From Terriglobia bacterium (GTDB lineage Bacteria > Acidobacteriota > Terriglobia > UBA7540), in contig JASHQD010000771.1 of NCBI GenBank assembly GCA_030037755.1, forward strand, positions 10,981 through 42,980: a stretch of DNA of 32,000 bases, read 5' to 3'. The notes beneath the pieces are model-generated. The model did not search any database. It worked only from the letters and a program-made list of their open reading frames with translations, and was not told where the DNA came from. Numbering within the stretch: position 1 is the first letter of the stretch; the number at the start of each line of letters is the position of its first letter. Made by a program: the position numbers and the translations under genes. Below are positions 27,337 through 32,000 of this stretch, in pieces.

Positions 27337-28380
27337 ATGGCTGTGGTGGTATCGAAGTCGAAGGTGCGAAATGGAGGGACCAGCGGCGACGCAATGCAAC
27401 TGCGCCGGGACCCTATCACCAATACCTGGGTGCTGCAAGCGAACGCCGACACCGGGTCAGGCGATTTAGAGGGCTGCCCGATGTGCCCCGGCGGGCGCGC
27501 GTCAGCGCTCGGCACGATCTACGAGTACCCATACGGCGATCCCAACTGGCAGGTTCGGGTGATTCCGCACTTGCACCCGTTATACCGGATCGAAGGCGAT
27601 CCCGAGCGGCAAGCGGAGGGGATCTACGACCGGATGCGAAACCTGGGCGCGCACGAGCTGGTGATTGAGACGCCTGAACACGGTCTCCAGCTCTCGCACC
27701 AGAGTGACGAGCATGTGGCCCAGGTGCTGAGGGCCTACGTCGCCCGGCTGGTGGATCTGAAGAAGGACCAGCGATTCCGGTTCGTAACCGTGTTTCGTAA
27801 CCAGGGCGCTGCTGCCGGCGACGACTTCGAACATCCTCACTCGGAGATCACGGCCACGCCGTTCATCCCCAGGCGCGTCACTTACGAGCTCCGGGCCAGC
27901 CAGCTCTACTTCCAACTGAAGGAGCGATGCCTGATCTGCGACGTCATCCATCAGGAACTCTCGGAGCAGATTCGCACCGTGGAATGGGACGAGAAGTTCG
28001 TGGCGTTCTGCCCCTACGCATCGCGCGTCCCTTACGAGACGTGGTTGCTGCCGCTCGACCACAATTGCGCCTTCGAGCAGGGACTTGGGGATTGGAATTC
28101 GCAACTGCACTTCGCGCGCCTGCTGAGATCGGTGTTGCGGCGGCTGGAAGCGGTCTCCAGCGCCTACCACTTCGTTCTGCATACCTCGCCCAACACGAAT
28201 GCTAAGTTTGAGCGCAAGGGAAACTGGCAGACGCTGGCGGACGACTACCACTGGCACATGGAAATTCTGCCCGTGATTCCGTCGAAAGCGAAGTCGTACA
28301 GCTTGAAAGAGGTCTACTACAATACTCTCGAACCGGAGACGGCGGCGCGTGAACTCAGAAAAGTTGCGGTGACGGACTAG
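27337..28380 (+). CDS. Galactose-1-phosphate uridylyltransferase-like (GalT/HIT branch III) nucleotidyltransferase
   Basis: RDPITNTWVL, zinc-knuckle CPMCPG, HELVIETPEH and histidine-triad-like FEHPHSEI, with a duplicated half-domain. GGAGG 13 nt upstream of ATG 27337. Alternative start at ATG 27394. Confidence 0.8.
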   Translation: MAVVVSKSKVRNGGTSGDAMQLRRDPITNTWVLQANADTGSGDLEGCPMCPGGRASALGTIYEYPYGDPNWQVRVIPHLHPLYRIEGDPERQAEGIYDRMRNLGAHELVIETPEHGLQLSHQSDEHVAQVLRAYVARLVDLKKDQRFRFVTVFRNQGAAAGDDFEHPHSEITATPFIPRRVTYELRASQLYFQLKERCLICDVIHQELSEQIRTVEWDEKFVAFCPYASRVPYETWLLPLDHNCAFEQGLGDWNSQLHFARLLRSVLRRLEAVSSAYHFVLHTSPNTNAKFERKGNWQTLADDYHWHMEILPVIPSKAKSYSLKEVYYNTLEPETAARELRKVAVTD

Positions 28381-28387
28381 ATAGCAC

Positions 28388-28509
28388 GCTGTAGCGGCGG
28401 TGTCTTCACCGCCGGGAGAACTGGTGATCCGGGTGCGGCGGTGAGGATATCAGTTCTACCGCAAGTAGCAGCAGATTGTGCGCGGCGGTGAGGACACCGC
28501 CGCTACAGC
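28388..28509. repeat. REPIN-like inverted doublet of GTAG-headed palindromes
   Basis: Left arm: GCT-GTAG-CGGCGGTG-TCTT-CACCGCCG (28388-28414). Right arm: CGGCGGTG-AGGA-CACCGCCG-CTAC-AGC (28483-28509). A third half-copy CGGCGGTGAGGA lies at 28436-28447. The element sits between the convergent stops at 28380 and 28515. Confidence 0.65.
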
Positions 28510-28514
28510 CGGGC

Positions 28515-29498
28515 TTACTCGATCCTGATATCGCCCGAGCCCGTCTTAACTTCCAGCATATAACCGCCGGAACCTGCTCTGCCCTGGTAGTCGTTGCGGC
28601 TGATAGTGCCCTGCGTCGTGATCGGCACCCTGGTGGATATCTTGCCGGAATCGGTGTGGGCGTGAAGGTCGAAAGATGCGCTCTCGGGCAGGTTGATCGT
28701 CACCGCTCCCGATTCTGTCTCGAGCCGCCAATCCCCGCTGACGTCTCCTTGCACCTTAACGTCGCCGCTGCCCGTGTCAGCGTGCAGCGGCCCGTGCACA
28801 CCCGCCAATTCGATGCGACCGGAGCCGCTTGAAGCCTTCACCCTGCCCGGCGCAGATTGCTCGAGGTGAATGTCGCCGCTGCCCGTCTCGCCGGAGAATT
28901 CGCCCGCGACGCCGGTCGCGCGAATGGATCCGCTGCCGGTGTTGGCGGTCACGGCGCCTTGAACGGATTCAACACGAATGTCGCCCGATCCGGTGCTCAC
29001 GTGGACCTCGCCGCCAATCTGGGTGGCATCAATCCGGCCAGAACCCGTCGATGCCCTCAACGGTCCCTGGATACCGTCGAGGGACTGGTCGCCCGATCCG
29101 GTGTCGGAATGTAGCCGCGTTTCCGCCGGCACCGTGAGATCGTAATCGATCGACACATTCCGCCGGAGCGCAGAGTCCTCAATATGTCCGATGCGGATGC
29201 TGTTGCCATCCTGCTCGATGGGAGGATTGTCTTCGATGCGGCGGATCCTTTCTTCGGGGCTTGGTCCTCCCCAATGGTCGCGCGCCTTGATCACCGCGTG
29301 GACTTCGACCGTGCCGCCGTCGCCGCGATGCACCCGGATATGACCCGAGCCGGTGGAGACTTCGAGCTCCACGGGACCACTCACGCGCAGCGACCGGTCA
29401 AATGAGCCTTCCGCAGCCAGAAGGATTGAAGGCAGTGCCAGAATGGCAGTGCAGGCCAGCACTGCGGCCACCGAACGGAATCTTATGCTCCGCTTCAT
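28515..29498 (-). CDS. Secreted DUF4097 (putative adhesin / beta-helix) repeat protein, paralog 1
   Basis: Signal peptide. About 10 copies of the TGSGDI/TGSGRI beta-helix rung motif. GAGGAG 8 nt upstream of the ATG. Confidence 0.8.
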   Translation of the reverse strand: MKRSIRFRSVAAVLACTAILALPSILLAAEGSFDRSLRVSGPVELEVSTGSGHIRVHRGDGGTVEVHAVIKARDHWGGPSPEERIRRIEDNPPIEQDGNSIRIGHIEDSALRRNVSIDYDLTVPAETRLHSDTGSGDQSLDGIQGPLRASTGSGRIDATQIGGEVHVSTGSGDIRVESVQGAVTANTGSGSIRATGVAGEFSGETGSGDIHLEQSAPGRVKASSGSGRIELAGVHGPLHADTGSGDVKVQGDVSGDWRLETESGAVTINLPESASFDLHAHTDSGKISTRVPITTQGTISRNDYQGRAGSGGYMLEVKTGSGDIRIE

Positions 29499-29542
29499 GA
29501 TGTTTTCTCCTCAAGATCTGCCTGTCAGCGGGATACCTTGAC

Positions 29543-29569
29543 GTAGGGTGCGGCCCTCGTGGCCGCACC
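29543..29569. repeat. GTAG-headed REP-like hairpin between the two DUF4097 genes
   Basis: GTAG-GGTGCGGCC-CTCGT-GGCCGCACC (9-bp stem), followed on the plus strand by GGTTTTAT. An extra copy of GGCCGCACC lies at 29598-29606. Confidence 0.55.
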
Positions 29570-29617
29570 GGTTTTATCAACGAGGACGAGTAACAGGGGC
29601 CGCACCTTGGGTCGAAA

Positions 29618-30493
29618 TCAATCGATGCTGATATCGCCGGAACCCGTGGCGACCTCGACCGGCACACCGCCGCCCCGGACTTTGCCGCGCAGCTCGCCGT
29701 GGCCGAGACTTCCCTGAACGGTAACGGCCAGATTCCCGTGCGTCTTTACGTCGCCGGAGTCGGTGTGCGCCTCGAGGTCAAAACCGAGGTCGGACGGCAG
29801 GTGCAGCGAAACCTCGCCGGAGCCCGTGTTGAGCCGCCAATGTCCCGTAGGGCGGCCTTGGGCCTGAATGTCGCCGCTCCCGGTTGTCGCCTGCAATGCG
29901 CACTTCAGGTCACGCAGTTCCACGTCGCCCGAGCCAGTCTTGATCTCGACACGGTCGGCTTCAATGCCTTCGAATTTCGTGTCGCCGCTGCCGGTCTCGG
30001 CGCGGACGTTCCCGTGCACGCCCCGCACTTTGACGTCTCCCGAGCCGGTTTGAACCTCGGCCGGCCCTTGAATGCCCTCCACCGTCACGTCACCGGAGCC
30101 GGTCTCGGAATGTACCCGAGTGTCAGCCGGCACCGAGATTTCATAATCGATGGAGATTCTCGTATTACCTTCCAGCTCCTTGATGCGAATGGTGTTTCCG
30201 ACCTGCTCGACCGGCGGATTCGATTCGACGGCGTGAATCCTCGACTCGTCGGCTCCGCCGCCGAACCAGCCATTTCCGGAGTAAATCTTGGCGCGGATTT
30301 CGACCGATCCCGAACCGCCCTCGCGGACGATAATGTCGCCCGAGCCGTTCTTAATCTGGAGCTCGACCGGTCCGTTCACGGAGAACGTGCGCTCGAACCG
30401 GCCCCGAACCGTGTTCAGGATGCTCGCGGCCCGGGCTGGAATCACGACGAGCGAGATCGCCAGCCCCGCGAGCGCAATCAGATGCCTTCTCAT
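29618..30493 (-). CDS. Secreted DUF4097 (putative adhesin / beta-helix) repeat protein, paralog 2
   Basis: Signal peptide MRRHLIALAGLAISLVVIPARA. Repeated TGSGDV/TGSGDI rungs, collinear with paralog 1 (SIDYEISVPADTRVHSETGSGD vs SIDYDLTVPAETRLHSDTGSGD). AGGAGG upstream of the ATG. Confidence 0.8.
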   Translation of the reverse strand: MRRHLIALAGLAISLVVIPARAASILNTVRGRFERTFSVNGPVELQIKNGSGDIIVREGGSGSVEIRAKIYSGNGWFGGGADESRIHAVESNPPVEQVGNTIRIKELEGNTRISIDYEISVPADTRVHSETGSGDVTVEGIQGPAEVQTGSGDVKVRGVHGNVRAETGSGDTKFEGIEADRVEIKTGSGDVELRDLKCALQATTGSGDIQAQGRPTGHWRLNTGSGEVSLHLPSDLGFDLEAHTDSGDVKTHGNLAVTVQGSLGHGELRGKVRGGGVPVEVATGSGDISID

Positions 30494-30509
30494 AACCCCT
30501 CCTTAGGTG

Positions 30510-31082
30510 TCACTCGTTCGCCGCCAGATCGGAGCTCCGTCCGAGCAGGACCCACTCCGAGCGTTGGTCACGAGTGCGCAGATAGCGGCCATCCGAATCG
30601 TAGATGACCTCGCTGCCTTCGCCCAGAAACTCGCCAACACGATCGACGCGCACCCACCAGGCGGAATAGCCCTTCTGCCGAAGTTCCTCGATGAACTCAA
30701 CCACCCGAGGATCGCTCGCGCTGGCCAGCTTATGCAGGCCATGCTCGGAATCCGCCGGCGGCTCTTCGGGCAGGATCGTCCATTGCCGGGCGGCAGTGAT
30801 CCACTGCAGGCGGCCTTTAAGAACCAGCGTGGCCGGCTTCTGGCCGCGAGCGGACTGAATCTGCGCGATGGAAGTGCTGATGATACTCAGCGGGGGATCC
30901 GCGGGATCATGCCGCAGCACGATCCGGTCCTTGTCGACCTGCTGCACGTGGTACTCCCGATGCTGCATAGGCCGGGGAATCGAGGGATGAATCAGAACCT
31001 TTTCGCCCGGGGCGAGCTGGGGCGACAAGCCGGCGGCGGGCGAGCATCCGGGACTCACGGCCCCGTTTTTGGTCTCCAGCAT
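30510..31082 (-). CDS. Hypothetical cytoplasmic protein (no recognisable domain), first gene of the DUF4097 operon
   Basis: 190-aa ORF with GGAGG 7 nt upstream of the ATG. Codon usage resembles its neighbours. The stop lies 16 nt before the next gene's ATG. No signal peptide or motif I can name. Confidence 0.55.
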   Translation of the reverse strand: MLETKNGAVSPGCSPAAGLSPQLAPGEKVLIHPSIPRPMQHREYHVQQVDKDRIVLRHDPADPPLSIISTSIAQIQSARGQKPATLVLKGRLQWITAARQWTILPEEPPADSEHGLHKLASASDPRVVEFIEELRQKGYSAWWVRVDRVGEFLGEGSEVIYDSDGRYLRTRDQRSEWVLLGRSSDLAANE

Positions 31083-31275
31083 GGGCTGACCTCCGACATG
31101 TTCCCCCAGATTCGCGTCGTTCTCTCTCGTGGTTTTGCTGCAGGCCGGAACCTCGCCGTACCGGAACCTGCGGATTCCAATGATGCCCGTCGTCGAGCCG
31201 CCGCGGCGGCCCTCACGAGCTATTACGCATCCGGCGGCAGTGCGGTTCCGGCAAATTAGACGGCGACTTGTGGCG

Positions 31276-31285
31276 TTAGGTTAGG
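31276..31285. promoter_or_regulatory. DtxR/IdeR-type iron-box half-site TTAGGTTAGG upstream of mntH (speculative MntR/DtxR-family operator)
   Basis: 10/10 match to the left half of the consensus TTAGGTTAGGCTAACCTAA; the right half is poor (ACCAAAGGC). Overlaps a possible TTAGAC - 16 nt - TAGGTT promoter (31255-31282). Confidence 0.25.
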
Positions 31286-31300
31286 ACCAAAGGCGGCTTG

Positions 31301-31409
31301 CTGTAGCGGCGTTCTATGAGCGCCAAGAGTCTGAGAAACTCAAAGCCGACGCTATGAGCGCCGAAAGTCTCAGAAACGCAAAGCCGACGCTCATAGAGCG
31401 CCGCTACAG
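31301..31409. repeat. REPIN-like inverted doublet of GTAG-headed palindromes with an internal 38-nt tandem duplication
   Basis: Left arm: CT-GTAG-C-GGCGTTC-TAT-GAGCGCC (31301-31324). Right arm: GACGCTC-ATA-GAGCGCC-G-CTAC-AG (31386-31409). Units 31314-31351 and 31352-31389 are direct repeats with about 5 mismatches. Confidence 0.6.
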
Positions 31410-31460
31410 CACGCTGATGGCCTTGTGCCGCCACGCCCGGATGTGCCATGTTGCTCTTTG

Positions 31461-32000
31461 ATGAACCAGACTCGCTTCAACGCCTACGAGGCCGTTCCGG
31501 CGGCGCCATCGCTGCCGGAAGTGCACCGGAGTGTCGCCGTGCCCGCCGGAGCGGGATTCTGGCGCAAGCTTGTGGCCTTTTCGGGACCCGGATTCCTGAT
31601 CGCCGTGGGCTACATGGATCCCGGCAACTGGGCCACGGACATCGCCGGCGGGTCGGAGTTCGAGTACCGGCTCATTTTCGTGCTGCTGGCCTCGAACCTG
31701 ATGGCGATTCTGCTGCAGTCACTCGCGGCGCGGCTGGGGATCGTCACCTCGCGCGATCTCGCCCAGATGTGCCGCGAGAGCTACTCGCGGCGCGCCAGCA
31801 TTTCGCTCTGGATTTTCGCCGAGATCGCCATCGCTGCCTGCGATCTGGCCGAAGTGATCGGCTCCGCCATTGCCCTGAACCTGCTTTTCCATATCCCTCT
31901 GCTGGTCGGCGTCTGCCTGACCGCGCTCGACGTGCTCGCGATCCTTTACCTGCAGCACCGTGGGTTTCGCTATCTCGAAATCGTGGTCGTGACGCTCATC
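31461..32000 (+). CDS. mntH: Nramp-family divalent metal (Mn2+/Fe2+) transporter MntH, N-terminal part (continues beyond the window)
   Basis: Open to the right edge, so not in the track. Reads MNQTRFNAYEAVP...FSGPGFLIAVGYMDPGNWATDIAGGSEFEYRLIFVLLASNLMAILLQSLAARLGIVT, with the hallmark DPGN motif. Confidence 0.9.
   Translation, partial: MNQTRFNAYEAVPAAPSLPEVHRSVAVPAGAGFWRKLVAFSGPGFLIAVGYMDPGNWATDIAGGSEFEYRLIFVLLASNLMAILLQSLAARLGIVTSRDLAQMCRESYSRRASISLWIFAEIAIAACDLAEVIGSAIALNLLFHIPLLVGVCLTALDVLAILYLQHRGFRYLEIVVVTLI

Noticed and set aside
28515-30493. Periodic nucleotide repeats inside the DUF4097 genes, and the heptamer arrays, considered as possible CRISPR-like arrays.
   Set aside because: The DUF4097 periodicity (about 60 nt) is the coding repeat of the TGSGD beta-helix rungs. 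The heptamer units are far too short and have no spacers. No cas genes are present.

Overview
High-GC, gene-dense bacterial chromosomal window with about 30 protein genes. I recognised no rRNA, tRNA, CRISPR array, transposase or phage gene. The gene content suggests an Acidobacteriota-like soil organism (inference only): a CarboxypepD_reg-type TonB-dependent receptor, a Ser/Thr kinase with a TPR tail, a relic of an ADOP/FtsX-type permease, and many Sec/Tat-exported enzymes. Landmarks are the conserved rpmH-rnpA-yidD-yidC-jag cluster (minus strand, 17268-20498) and mnmE (7154-8533). These are separated by an 8.7 kb block holding a broken Ser/Thr-kinase/TPR gene and a TonB-receptor / tandem-esterase / ArgH-like lyase operon. 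Other genes: partial Gfo/Idh/MocA oxidoreductase, cytochrome c, Tat-exported TIM-barrel sugar isomerase/epimerase, HDAC-like deacetylase, YdjC-like deacetylase, LarE, a multi-S1-domain protein, a small EF-hand-like protein, a Tat-signal URO-D-family protein, a split YeeE/YedE pair, a cytochrome c / PHM-like copper monooxygenase fusion, a SnoaL-like protein, a BadF-type sugar kinase, a GalT-like HIT transferase, two DUF4097 paralogs with an unknown upstream gene, and the 5' part of mntH. The most unusual signals are non-coding. (i) Arrays of imperfect 7-nt tandem repeats sit at gene 3' ends (4349, 19685, 25366, 26020); one is a 148-nt mirror-symmetric array and two encode C-terminal tails of LarE and YidD. 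(ii) GTAG-headed palindromes are arranged as inverted doublets, REP/REPIN-like (28388, 31301, 29543, 27232). (iii) A promoter-proximal, strongly structured leader lies between the divergent kinase and GalT-like genes. I did not find a clear self-contained new multi-gene system such as a defence island. The candidates below carry honest scores, and all homology calls are by eye from motifs, not from searches.
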